A stretch of DNA of 64,000 nt from Trichinella spiralis (taxonomy: Eukaryota): the NCBI RefSeq assembly GCF_000181795.1, contig NW_003526943.1:8033792-8097791 (forward strand), written 5' to 3'. Shown here in pieces: positions 31,600 to 44,864 of this stretch (position 1 is the first letter of the stretch; each line of letters begins with the position of its first letter). The translations under genes and the position numbers were made by a program. The notes beneath the pieces are model-generated. The model did not search any database. It was given only the letters and a program-made list of their open reading frames with translations, and had not been told where the DNA came from.

Positions 31600-32195
31600 T
31601 GTAGTAGCAGCCTAGGTTTCTACTGCTGGCTGTAAATCTTTGCGCCAATTAACCTTAAGCCGAATGGCGCGTCAATCTCGTCTCTTACGTTATACAGTAA
31701 GCAGACCACTGTGAATATTAGCTGTAGACAAATACTCACGGCTATCAAGGAGAACTGTGGACAAGTAAACATTTTATTTTACAACAATACACAGCAACGC
31801 ACGTATATACAGTCTAGGGATAATTCGCTTTGTCATCGCTAACTTCTTAGCTACTATCGATCTGCTTATCAAACTAAGTCGAACTCTCATTCTTTTTCAC
31901 ACTATATTGTGTTTTCATGGATATATATAGCAAACAACTAGGTCTTCATTTGCTAGTGAGAAAAACAATTCGCGCAACGGCATTTCTATCATTCGCCTGC
32001 TTCATGCATAATCTACTGTCTGCGGAACTTTTGACTTTGTTTTTTAGCTAAAATAAACAATAATATGAAATAACTATGCAAAAAATATCAATATGATTCG
32101 CTTGGCAGGCGTGAATTTAGACTTGTTTTCGTAGAGCCTTCGACTCCAATCGTCAGCTGTCATTTCATTTCATTTCAGAATTTATTACAACTACA
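31600..32195. mobile_element. Probable solo LTR (about 596 bp), older and degenerate
   Basis: Ends TGTAGTAG...CAACTACA (7/8 inverted match); flanks TTAC/TTTC (imperfect 4-bp TSD); GC above flanks; AATAAA on the minus strand near 31775. Confidence 0.5.
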
Positions 32196-32613
32196 TTTCT
32201 ATTTTAATACTGTAAAAATTATTGATACAAAATAAAAATAATTATTTTTTATGTCAGCTGTCATTATCACTAACGGAAACAATGTTTTTGATTTCAATGG
32301 ACGATTTTGATTGTATTGGTGAATGTTTTCAAAGTTGCTTTAGTTGTTAAATTAAAAAAATTCCTAAAAATAACAAAAGTAAATTAGATGCATTGCTTGA
32401 ATACAGCAAAGTTTAAAATTTTTTATTCAAAGCTAGCCTGTGACGCAACTGCTAGGCTACAAGCAGATGGAGCAACTTTTCTTCTCAAAAAATGACGAGA
32501 TAATAACAAAAATAATATTGAATAACAGCACTTGATAAATTATACATATTACAATACAAAAGTTGATTTTACTTAACAAATATTAAATTTGTCCTTTGTA
32601 CAGAAAATTACAA

Positions 32614-32686
32614 GGGCCGCTAGCTCAAATGGTAGAGCGCTCGCTTTGCATGCGAGAGGCACGGGGATCGATACCCCGGCGGTCCA
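32614..32686 (+). tRNA. tRNA-Ala(TGC)
   Basis: 73-nt cloverleaf GGGCCGC...GCGGTCCA with G3:U70 identity pair, anticodon loop TTTGCAT, T-arm GGGGATCGATACCCC, TTTT terminator. Confidence 0.96.
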
Positions 32687-34009
32687 AGTATTTTGTTTAC
32701 CATTTGTAAGTGAAAAGCTTGCTAACAGTTAATGTTATAAAGAAATGATACTTTATAATATTTGATTAATTGTTGAAATTAAACTTTCTGATCGTAAAAT
32801 AATTATGCTGATGATATTTTTAAATTACATGACAACGCTCATTAGTCCTCCTCAAGCAGAGGACCAAAGTTTCAAAATATACCTCTAAGTAACATCGATA
32901 AACGACGACTTAATACAAAATTGAACTATGAAAATATAAGTGGCATTTGAAACAAAACAACATTTGTTAGAACATTTAAAGACAAATGTTTACTTCCAAA
33001 CTAAAATGATTTCAAAAAAGAAAGGCATTTGTGGAATTTTCTATCAAAAATACTTTATATTAAAACAATTAGTTTTTAAAGACGGTTTATTTAATATTTA
33101 CATAACAATTTACTTCCATTCGGTATTATTATCAGTAGATGCTGCAAGAATTCCAATTATTACTGCTGTTCGTCATCGTAGTTGTGGAAACTGCTTTGTA
33201 AATTGCATTTTCCAATCACGTCATAAGTTCAAAAAAATGATGTCTATTAAAATACATTACAAATATCCAATAAAATGATCTTCTGAAGTGGCATTTTTGT
33301 TATAACATGCAGTTTTTAAAGATCAAATCAACATTTATAAAATAAGATTAATTAGCATATGCTTTTAATCTTGCTATGCAGCAGCAAGAAATAAAAATAA
33401 TATGAAGATTTTCTACATAATATTGAATATTTTTCATTTCTCTAACATCTTAACATCTTAACAAAAATGCTAAAAATAATTTAGCTGCTTATAGCCCGCT
33501 TATTGTCTGTAAACATTTTAAATTTTAATTGCGTATTCATGTCTAATAAAATTATATTTTATTTTCATATAATATAGCAGTTTTTAATAACATGCATACA
33601 AATAACCGTTATGAAATCGAACATCGAACATTTCATTTTTAATTATTTACTGATTTTGTAATTTTTCAATTTTTAAATTACTAATAATATTAAAAATAAA
33701 TGTCAGTGCTTTAGTTTGCAAATACTGCAGTGATATTTTTCCTAAGATAGCTTATATATACATATATACTGAAAGTGTCAATATTATTTTATGTTAATTT
33801 ATTAATTTTGAGTCGATCATTTTGCATATTGAGTGCACATGCATTTTGCATATAAATGTGTAAGTAATTACATTGTTTAATTGATTAAATAATGATTTTA
33901 AAATGTTAGTCAAGTTTCAAAAAATAAGATAAAATTTACTGCATGGACAACAAATAGACCAGTATTAAAATTTTAAACATTCACCAACTTCAAAAAAAAC
34001 AGAAGTAAC

Positions 34010-35645
34010 TCAGAATTGAGGTGTTACGGAATTTTTGTGAAATGTAGATGTAACTTTTCTCTTCACGGATTTAGCTATATCGCTTGTAACAATATAATAG
34101 ATGGCATATAAGCTCAAAGCAAAGGCGTTGATTGTAAGAGCAATGTCAGATATCCAAGAATGATTTTTGTTCAAGAAAAAGTAAATTCTTAGTGTATTTG
34201 GAATTCCTTGAAGCAAAACAGTAAAGCCAATCAGAATGAATGTTTTTTTAGTAACAAGAGATTCACGATTTAGGCGCAGTTTTTGAATCAAAGGGTTTGC
34301 TGCTTTCAAGCGATTTTTGAACGCGCTTTTCAGCTGTATCAAGCCAATAATGTAAAAACAAAGCGAACAGTATGCCAACAAGATGCAACAAGAAAAGTGG
34401 AAAAGATAATATGATCTTCCAACAACATCACTTCTGTAACAAGCAGCTGAGATTGTCTTCATCCGCAATAAGTATGCACTTATCCACATGCATATTAAAT
34501 CTATTAGTGATAAAATGATGCAAGCTATTAGCATGTAATTTCGAGATGTTTCATTAACTGCTTTCAGCAGTTTGGTCTGACGAATGGCTATGAGTCGATC
34601 AATAGAAACGAAAAGCAAAGAATAAGCAGTTAACAATTCTCCCAAGCTGTACATCGTCGGATGGGCATTTGCAAATATACAGTGAAATGGGGTCGACACG
34701 CCTGGCATTTGATATCCAACAATCCGTAACAAATAAGCTTCAACAAGTCCAATTCCCAATATGATACAACCAGCTGCATTAACTAAAAAATTACGTGCAT
34801 CACTCAGAATAATAAGCAAAAAATATTGGAATATATCATTAATTTTTATTTTTAGCAATATTTCCTCTTTAAATGCTTTTCATCAGCAAAGAACATGTAG
34901 AACCATTTTTGCAGAAAAACAACATTTGTTACGATTTATGAGTTAATTGAAATTTGTTTAAAAGTTTCGATGTAAATACGCTGTTTAAGCTCAATTTATT
35001 ATCGTATTGCAAGTTGTTTACAAGGAAGCGTTGCTATTACTTAATAGTGAGCTAATAAAATTGCATGCACACGTGAGCAAAACGAAAATCCCACAAATAA
35101 GTTGAATGAATTTTAATCTTCCAGATATTCATAAGAAAAACAATGTATATTGCTTATAACGATCTTAAAAGTATTTTATTTATTTATTAAAAACAATTTA
35201 AATACAGTATTTGAAGGTACTGAAATTCATTCCAATAATTAATTTAATTTTGATATTCATAATTTTCAATGCACATTCTAACTTGATATAACTACAATGC
35301 ACAGTAAACAATTTTATTGTTTATTCCGCATTTGAAAAACTGTTTAATTTCTTCAGATTTAGAACTTACGATTCCACTTATGGCAGTTTATTTTTTAGAT
35401 TATATAAGAGGGTGAATTATAACAAAAGCTGAATGAAATAAATATCCAAGCTTACCTGCAACAATTTTCTGTGATTTAAAAATTGATTTTTCATAAATAG
35501 CCAGTATTAAATAAAAACAGTTTGTCAAACAGGCAAGTAGACCAAAAACTACTCGCAAAGTCCACGTAGACAGAACAAGCAAACTTTTCTTTTCAAAAAG
35601 GTTGCTGGCGTTTTTGCTATAGTTCAAATGTGTTTCATTGTACAT
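34010..35645 (-). CDS. Serpentine 7-TM chemoreceptor-type GPCR (srsx-like), 2 exons, about 320 aa
   Basis: Exon 35645-35456 (MYNETHLNYS..., TM1) splices in phase 1 to 34782-34010. About seven hydrophobic segments, SIDRLIAI (DRY-like) after TM3, N-terminal N-glycosylation sequons. Confidence 0.75.
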
Positions 35646-38600
35646 TTTCACCAAGATTTATCCGCCATTGTCGTCGTATTTTTCAAGAAAATTTGCTAAA
35701 ACTGTTCAAGATCATTTTTATTTCCATAATATTCATACATTATTGCTTTTTTAAATGATAGTATGTTATCATAAAGTCAAATTGAAATGACTGCAATGTA
35801 AATATGCAAAATTGTTCTGTCGTCGAACTGTGCAAACATCATCATCATCTAAGAAGAGCTTTCATATAATGCGATTGACGCATATTTAAATTCTGTTATT
35901 ATGCTTCGTTAATTTATTATTATTAATAGTAATCTTTACTAAATATTCTTAATTATATGGCTGCATTTAATTGCAAACAGGTCTGACCATTAGATGTGCT
36001 TTCAATTTGAATATAAAATGACTGACATTGCACAGTGATTGAAAAAAGTTGCAGTTTTTTTTATTAACAGAGAAAAAAATAATGTGATTTCTATTATTCC
36101 TTTAATTTCATTTATCAAAAATGGCAAATTGAAAATAATCATTACAGTAGCAGTAGTTCGTTCAAGCATTTATAAGAGATACGTCATAAATTATAATTCA
36201 ACTTAATAAAATTTGAGCAACTATTCTGATTATAATTACCTTAATGCTCTTTTTCAAAATTAATTCAATTCATTGACCATAAACAGAAAGGCATAGTAAT
36301 GCTTTCTCATCCACAGATATTATTACAGAAAAGTGGCCATGAGAAATATTTAAGCATACCTCCATTTTTCATAATTTACAACGCAGAAGAATAAATTTGG
36401 TATTAGCAATGAATGACTATTGATAAAAAATAACTGTTTATTGTCTGAGTCAAACAAAATGAAATTGCTAGCTTTTACTTGATTAGCACACTAAATGTGG
36501 ATAAGTGTTTTCTCAGACTTCTGCCAATTTTTAATTGATTTTTAAGATGAATTGCAATTGAGTATTCATTAAAGCATTACAGCACTATCAATTAATTACA
36601 TGTGATAAAAATGTTTAATATTCGTTAAGATTATTAATGGGAATGTCTACTGTTTTCAACATTTTTCAGAAATTGCTTACGCACATTGCACGACTTCTAG
36701 CGATTGCACAGTGATAAATGGAACAATAAAAGAATAAGTAACTGTAGGTGGACAAGATTTTTTAAAGAGTTCTTTGCTATATTTGAAAATATAATATACC
36801 TTGCAATCAAAGAATAAAATATTAAAATAATTCATTTGAATTCAACAATTTATATCAATGATTTTCGAGCATTTCAAAATAACATTTAATTTAAAAAGAA
36901 AAATATAAATAAATAAGGACATTCTACTTAAAAAATAGTGAAATATTTTTAAGAACAAATATTTTATTGTTAATTTATTGACTCATTTATATAAAAGCTG
37001 CTTTTAAAGCATGGAACTTCAAAATGAACAAAATAAATTGGTTGAACTGAAGTTAAACTTCAATTAACAAAGATGAAGCTGCTAGTAGCATACAGTATTC
37101 AATAAAATGAATTTACTGTGAAAAATTACAATTAAATATTATTTACCTTATTTACTTAGAAATGTTGTTTTACTGTATTTGAAATAATATTGCAACTCTC
37201 TTATTCTTTAAATAAAGGTATTTTTCAAATTACTTGGAATACATTATTTTTTTCTTATTACTATTATAGATGTAATGAAAATTTCAATTTCCAGATCAAC
37301 TATATAAGCAAAGATATATGCTTCTTTAATAGCACTAACCAATAATAATAAAACTGGCATTGTAGCTGAACAAATATAAAGCGACCATAAAGAAGAATCA
37401 TTAAAGAGTCAATAAATGTGACAGTCAGTAATACTTCATTTATTATTGTACTTCAATATTTAGTTTTATGCTCATTTTAAATATCATTAAACGATGGACT
37501 AGTAACATATTGTTTTAACAGAATCTTTTGTATTTTAATCAGATTTATGTGTCTATGCATAAATTTTTGATCAAGCAAACTTTATTTAAAGCAGTCATAA
37601 GTAAATAATGCATTCTACCAAAATTACATCCACTGCGATTTTGCAAAGCAATAAAATTTATTGTATAGATTTCTTAAACTAAAAATCTCAGACACATGTA
37701 CTTTGAAAATAAATATTCTTTTAGTATTAAATTCTTATTTTACCAATTCATTTATGGACTCTACATTGATTTTATTTGACGGCTGGTGGAAAATTTTGGT
37801 GGAAAATCAGAAATCAGAAAAAAAGTTATTTTAAAACTTAAAACGGGAGGAAATTATGAAGTTATGTTATTTACTGAGCAATATAACGTCGAAAATATTT
37901 TTAAAAAGTTCCAAAGTTTGTGAATTAACGGAAAAAGTAACATCATAAACACATTTACAAGAACAAATTTTCGTAACTACAATTGAACAAAAGGTCTAAA
38001 TTATTGTTTACTGATACGCAGATTAGTGATAGCTGACTACAAAAACATGTTCATTTAAAGCAACTTAACATGTATATAAAATGTGTTTGATTTAAAAAAT
38101 TGCTTCATTATTTTATGAATGAAATAAAATACTTATCCTGAAAGTAATTTGGTAATGTTATAATCATACCAAGTAACAGCAAGTACAGTAGAAAGAAACC
38201 TGCTGCTTACTGAGCATTGAAATTGTTAGCTTTGCACAGATGGGAATCTTTTGAAAATAAAGATGATGAAATGGCGAAAAATGACATAAGGAATCAATTT
38301 TCCACCAAATGTGGGAACTTTTCTTCCCCATTGGATATTGTGGTACAAAATATATTATAATATGTTTATAAAATATTCAAAAATTGAAATTGATTAATTA
38401 AATGGATTATTTTCATATATTATAATTATTTTTAGGTGCTGAAAAATGTCATTATTAATATTTACAAAATATGGTCAAATAATAAATTAGGAAATATTTT
38501 AGTTTTTTACTTTTGATTTTCAGTTATTTAATAGAATTTATCTAATTTTATTAATATAATTTCTAATTTATGTAATAGTTATCTAATTTAATTAAAGAGA

Positions 38601-39066
38601 AACTTTTGCTAAATCCTTTTGTATTTCCTGCTGCAGTCCAAAGTCAACTGCTACTGCAGTATAAAGTTCTTGACCATTTTCTAAAAATCTCTAATTTTTC
38701 AGTTTGAATGCAAATAAAAATTTTCAAACTGATGACATCCTAGTCTACAACTGTTTCCATTTGCTTATAACAACCATCTGCTTTCGGTCTTTGATGTCAG
38801 TACTTTGTTACAATTATTTTTCAGTTTTTAATGTAATAAGTATGAAAATATTGTGCAAATTTGCACAAAATAGCTGATGCTATTAATAGAATTGATTATT
38901 ATATGGAGATTTATTCAAATTTAATTTAATCTCACTGTTGTAAATCACTAAAGCTACATAAAAATGACATAATATAACTATGCTGATATAACTCAGAGAT
39001 ATTATTGAATCATACATAAAATGTTGTTTCCTGAATAATTTTTTGAAGCAAATAAATGGATTAGAA

Positions 39067-39977
39067 CAGGGGTTCCCAAAGTTCTGTGGACTGCGACCCA
39101 CTTTTTAAGCATCAAGCTTTCTTAGCTCACCTAGCTCCAACAAACATGAAAGACTGATTAGCTTCGATCATTTTGGTGTTATCAAACCAAAATTATGAAC
39201 TAAATTTCATTACTTTATTATTCATACTGGGATACATGCGAAGAATGGGCTTTCTTTCAGGTTGCCTTGTCACGGCATCTATGTCCACTTCGATAGCCGT
39301 CATTTTCAGACGCAAGGAATCAGATAACTGAAGTCGATTTTAAAATTGGGTCTTAATGGTAACCATCACAGAAAAACCAATTTCACAGAAGTATGATGAT
39401 GTGAATGGAAACAGAACTTTCAAAGCTGCAGCTGAACTATTTGGATAAGTTTGCAGAACATCATCCAAAATTGCGTCAACTTATTACGGTTAAAATTCAT
39501 TTTTAACACTGTATCTTCAGACAGATCGATGAGTTCTTTGTTAGCTACTGTCGACTTTCCTGTCGATATGTCGCTTTGAAAGGGATTCTCCATCCAGGAA
39601 ATTGGTTGACATATTTTCATTTCATCAAGGAAGTATTCATGAAACTTTTCTTTCAATGCATGCAAGTAAGTGCACATCAGGTCTGTAGGTTTCACCCCAC
39701 TATCGATGATAAAGGTTTAAAATGTTTCTTAAACAGTCGAAATTGCCGTCTTTAAATTTTGTCTCCAATAAATCAAGTTTTCCTTTGAAGCTTCAAATTT
39801 TGACATGAGTCACAATATATATCCCTTTCTTCAAATCCTTGCAGATGCAAATTTAGCTGTTAAAATTGAAATATGTTATACAGCGTGTTGAAAATTTCCT
39901 TGCCTTGAAAGTCGCGACAAACAAAATTTGTCTAATGATCCACCAATAGACCGCGACCCATAGTTTGAGAACCACTG
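39067..39977 (-). mobile_element. hAT (Buster/Charlie-type) DNA transposon relic with degraded transposase 3' part
   Basis: TIRs CAGGGGTTCCCAAA / CAGTGGTTCTCAAA; subterminal GCGACCCA at both ends; 8-bp TSD GATTAGAA/GATTAAAC (6/8, central TA). The minus strand encodes WMENPF...ELIDLSED...FW, then after a frameshift PFTSSYFCEIGFSVMVTIKTQF*NRL (hAT dimerisation region with a stop). Confidence 0.88.
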
Positions 39978-41049
39978 GATTAAACTGCTTCATTATTACT
40001 ACGAATTGAATATAACACTATAAACTTCATTGAATGCATCTGCTTGCATAAGTAATTCATTCGTTATTAAAAGTATTTTTAGTTTAATTAGAAAATTTAT
40101 AGATAAAAGAAAAAATACTGTCCAGTGAAATATAGAATCTATATCTTTACTGTTATTAATTAATTTTCCAACTAGTTAACATTTTCTTCAAATTAATTAC
40201 ATTAAAATTGTAGTCAATGCACAACGAACTTATTTGCTTCATTAATATTTCCTCATTTTAACCAGTTTTCACGCATTATATGTTTTGATTATATACATTT
40301 TTGTTTAATTATTTATTTGTTTATGTTCAGTTGTCCATTATAAATTTTTAAGAAATCAAAATGAATGACTGAATGAAAATGACGCGAATGAAAATCTGTA
40401 TAAAAAGTAATTTCAATCATTTTATGGATATTCAAAATTGCTACCAGTTACAGAAGAAAAGGCAAAAAAAATATTTTTATATAAAAAATTAAATTGCTAT
40501 ATACTTTTTTAATAATTAAATATAATTTCAGTCCATTTCAAGCTATGCAAAATTTTAATGAAAACGCAAGTTAAGAATATGTTTAATATTTTATATAATG
40601 TCAGTGTTTAATTGAGTATTTAATAAAATGTAAAAATTTTTTTATAATCACTGCACAAGCATTCCCATTGATAGTCTTCTAAGAAACGTTAGTTCATATC
40701 TTGTTTTATTTACAAAATTAATTTGTTTTTTAAAGATTTTTCAAATCCAATTAAAATTGCATTAATTAACATTCATTAACAACTGCCTAATTATTAACAT
40801 GGTCATATAATAAATAATTCTAACATTAAAAAATACACAAAATCAAAAAAGGAACTAGAAGCTTATTACAGTAAATCAGTTTTATTTAAAGCTTTATTTA
40901 TTACACTAAATATTGAAAAATAAAATAAAATAAAATAAACTGCATGCTAAATCATTTTACAATAATTTCAACAAACAAAAGGAAAACTAAACTGTTCATA
41001 AAAGATCAATGTTTCTGAATTAAGTTTATTCCTAAAACTTAGCATTAGA

Positions 41050-41391
41050 ATTGGACAAAAGCATTATTAAAATCAGATAAGGCTAAATTTTCAATGCATT
41101 TTCCTATTGGTCGTCGACCGCGTTATCTCATTCGATGATCATGCTGTTTTCTTGGTTTGTCCAACTCGGGCTAAATTTTTAACAAGTTTCTTTATTGGTC
41201 ATTGACAGCGTTATTACACGGCTTTGCTGTCGTTGCGCTTTATTATTGATTATTGAGAGAGCTATCTTATTGGACGTTCATTCCGTTGTCTGATTGGCTT
41301 TTCTTGTCAGGACTTCTAAGCGAACAATCAGTAAAAGCGGGTGCCTAAAAGAACAACGTAAGCATCCAATGGGATAACGTTGTCAAAAATA
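41050..41391. promoter_or_regulatory. CCAAT-box cluster, probable upstream promoter region of the ankyrin gene
   Basis: ATTGG at 41050, 41106, 41194, 41269, 41293 and CCAAT at 41366, in a GC-raised patch about 1.2 kb upstream of ATG 42620. Confidence 0.45.
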
Positions 41392-42619
41392 ATTTACTTA
41401 TTTTTATGACGTATACAAACAATTTCTTTTCTTAAGAAAAGATAAACATATTTAACGTTCTTTCGTGACATTTACATTTTATTATACTCAAATATATATA
41501 TTTTCTTATACGTGTATATATACAAAGAATTCAATAAAACGGTTTGGGAAACAGTCGTGAACCAAAGTCACTTCCCACTCGTCCTAGCTGACGACAACAA
41601 CAAACACCACTTTTCCGGCTTCCACTCTGTCCTACAAAATGATTTCATTGATGTTCAAGTTCTGTCAGTTTTCCCGCTTGATCTATAACTTCACAGGAAT
41701 AAAAATTTCTTACCAAATAGTTGCCCAAAATATACTTTCAGGACACTAGTTGCTAATTAGTACTAATTAAATGCTAGCTTCTATAAATTTCTTTCAGCTA
41801 TTTTAGATATTGTAAAGTATTGCAATTTATAAAAATTCATATTTCGAAGAAGTAAAGTGCAGTTTACTCTATTTTGTATTATACAACTGAGTAACTGTTT
41901 GAAAATACAAGCAGTTTGTTTGACAGTTTTTTATTATCGATGTTTATTTAATAGCTAATTTTGAAGTATCTCACACAAACTGAAATTTGCAATTTGACAA
42001 TTTTTCTATGAAAACATTTCCAGTGTTACCTATTGAATTGAATATAATTAAGTTTTGTGCAGTGTTTACATATTTCAACATTATAAATGAAAAAAATTTT
42101 CATATGTGTCATCTTTCTGCTTAAATTTCAAACAACTTGCTTGATTGCTTACTTCCCTTAGATTAATAAATGAAAAAATATTTTTCTTTTAATTTTGTTT
42201 TTTTTATTTATATATTTATGTATAATTAATAAATCAAATAAATTTCAATTTCTATTTATGCTAATTAGTAAAAAAGGTTATCGTGTTGCAAGATTGAAAC
42301 TTTTATTCTATAAATTTCTACAAAAGCATACTGTAAAATTCAATTTGTTTGAGAATGACGTATATCAGCGATTACTTTCTTGTTCAGTTGAAGTAATTCT
42401 GTATCATTTGAAGGTTGTTTGTCATTTTTTAAATTCAACGATGCCAATGCCGGTGTTCAGTATTACTTCACATTGTTAAGACAACATTTAATTTGTAACA
42501 TTGACGTTTGTTTGTAGTTACTCTTTTTGAACATTACGCAGTGTATTATGCAAAAAAATAAAATCATCCATATTTACATTAAACATTCTATGGCCCCTTT
42601 TTGAAGGTGAATTATACCA

Positions 42620-44449
42620 ATGCGTTTGCCGAGTGTCGACTTCAGTGTTCACATTGATACACTGTCACAGAATGGTTTTAATTTCCAACAATGGTCCAGT
42701 GAATGCGATGAGAATATTTTGGAAAAATTATTAATTTACATGAGCGATACCGGTCAAACCACCGCTTCCGGGCCATTTTTTCAGTGGACCGCTGTCCACT
42801 GGGCTGCTTTCTTCGGCCGGGTATGGATTGAATTCTGTTGCTTCTTCCGCGTGTGCTTGCATATTCAAAGCGTCACATTTTATACTTATGACGTACATAT
42901 GTATTTAGATTCATCTGTATAATTTTGTTTTTTTTCACTTCCAGATAAACTGCTTACGGGAATTGCTTGAGCGGCATCGCGATTTGACAAACCGCAGCGC
43001 TGGTCTTAACCGTGTTCATCCATTGCATTGTTGCGCCCTCGGCGTTGGCTGCGTTGATTGTCTTGATGCTTTGATTGCCGCCGGCGCGAAGCCGAACGTG
43101 CAGGTGCGCCATTTGCGTTTTTCTCTTTCACTAGGTGTCGCTTTATTTTTTCGTTTGCCAAATTTGATTGGTTGTTACTTGCTGAGCGATGACTTGCCCG
43201 AAACATATATATATATTCATTTATTTATATTTTTGTGTGTGTGTGTGTGTGTATGTGTGTGTGTGTGCATTTATATACTAGATGTGCGCGTGTGCGTTTG
43301 TGTATGTATGAATATTTGTTTCAGGACATACTTGGTGAAACTGTCGCACACAAGGCTGCTCGTCTTGGACGTGTCGATTTCATTAGCAAATTACTTGCGA
43401 TTGGCTGTGATTTGAGGTAATGAAAAAAGTGAAATATTGTTAAAATTTCATTTCCGCCCGCGTAGTACCGCTTTCTATCTTTCAGGCTCTTCACCAAGTA
43501 AGTTATTTTCGCGTATTCAAATAAAATATAAATGTATATTATGGCGGCGGCGGCTTGTTGAATGGATATTTATTTTAAGCAAAAAAAACACGTGTGACAT
43601 CTGTAAAATTGATGCCTGATAGCTTGTATGATAAATAAATTGATTAATTAATTGGCTTTGTCGATGAGTTTAGTGTAGTGAATTGGATTGGATTAGCCGC
43701 CGCCGAAGTTGCCCAAATGCAAGGACACACCGACTGCGCCGCTTACGCCCATCGTTCTGCCCAACTACAGCAACAAGGCTTGTTTCCACCGTACAATCAT
43801 CATGATGCACAGAATGGTCAACAACAACAACAACATGATCAATGTTTGAATCAGACGCACCGCACCACCAACAAACTAGAAGATATGATATTATTTTTGG
43901 AGTTATTATTTTTTTATTGTTATTTAAATTGTTTTTTTCCATTGGACGCGCTCGTGGTGATTTTTTCTTCGCGTTCGTTTTATGTTGATTAATTGATTAA
44001 TTAATTTTTATTTGTTCGTCTTGATATTTGTATTTTTAGAATGGCAATTGCGTGCAAGTAGCAGTTGCATTTTTCCAAGAAGAAGGCCTAAATTGATGAC
44101 GATGTATTTTCATTGTTTTTTCTTTTGTTCCGTTTTAGGCGTTGCATACGAGCGCTACTTGCAGACGGTTAAAGCCGACAGCCAAAACAATCCGTACGCT
44201 TATGTCACCGGTATGTACGGATATGTTCCTTTGTTTAGTGATGATATAGCGATGGAACATGAAAATGGCAAAGGGGAGCAGCAGTGCGTTGTTGAACAGG
44301 GGCCATGTGTTGTGGCCAACGGCGACGATGCGATTAAATTGCTCAAGGCGACCGCCGCCGCCGCCGGCTCGAAACGCATCGCTGACGCGGACGATGCAGA
44401 AACGTTGCAAGCAATTAAGCGAACCAAATGGAGCAACGGTGTCGCTTGA
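42620..44449 (+). CDS. ANKRD10: Ankyrin repeat protein, ANKRD10-like (5 exons; exon 4 donor uncertain)
   Basis: Exons 42620-42820, 42945-43103, 43325-43416, 43674 to 43843 or 43882, and 44139-44449. Repeats WTAVHWAAFFGRINCLREL, HPLHCCALG...CLDALIAAGAKPN, DILGETVAHKAARLGRVDFISKLL, GLAAAEVAQMQGHTDCA; bipartite NLS-like KR...KRTK. Confidence 0.72.
43234..43267. repeat. (GT)n microsatellite in an intron
   Basis: Read directly. Also (TAT)n at about 44578-44603 and (CTATT)n at about 46931-46964. Confidence 0.9.
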
Positions 44450-44864
44450 AGGAAAATAAACTATAATGGTACTTCCTTATCATGCAAATTTTTTTGAATC
44501 GTTGCTTTTTTTTGTTTCTTTTTATATTTTATTTATGACAGGATATGTTACCGTTTGTCAAATTATTATTACTATTGATTATTATTATTATTATTATTAT
44601 TATCGCAGCGTCGGAAAACGCACAGAGACGACGCACCGCGATACGTCTGTTTGTTTTCCACTAAGTGTTCTCTTTACTGCTGCTGCTGCTGCTTGTTTGT
44701 TTGCTCGCACGAGTAAAATTGTGAATTTTGTTCGATTTTATTTTTCTGATCGCACGCCGCGTTGATCAATTTTCAAAATCTGTGGAACAGACAGAGACGG
44801 ACAGCATGGCATTGATTTGTCCGGTCTGCGGTTTGGGTTCAGGTCACAGAAGTGAGACTGTCGG

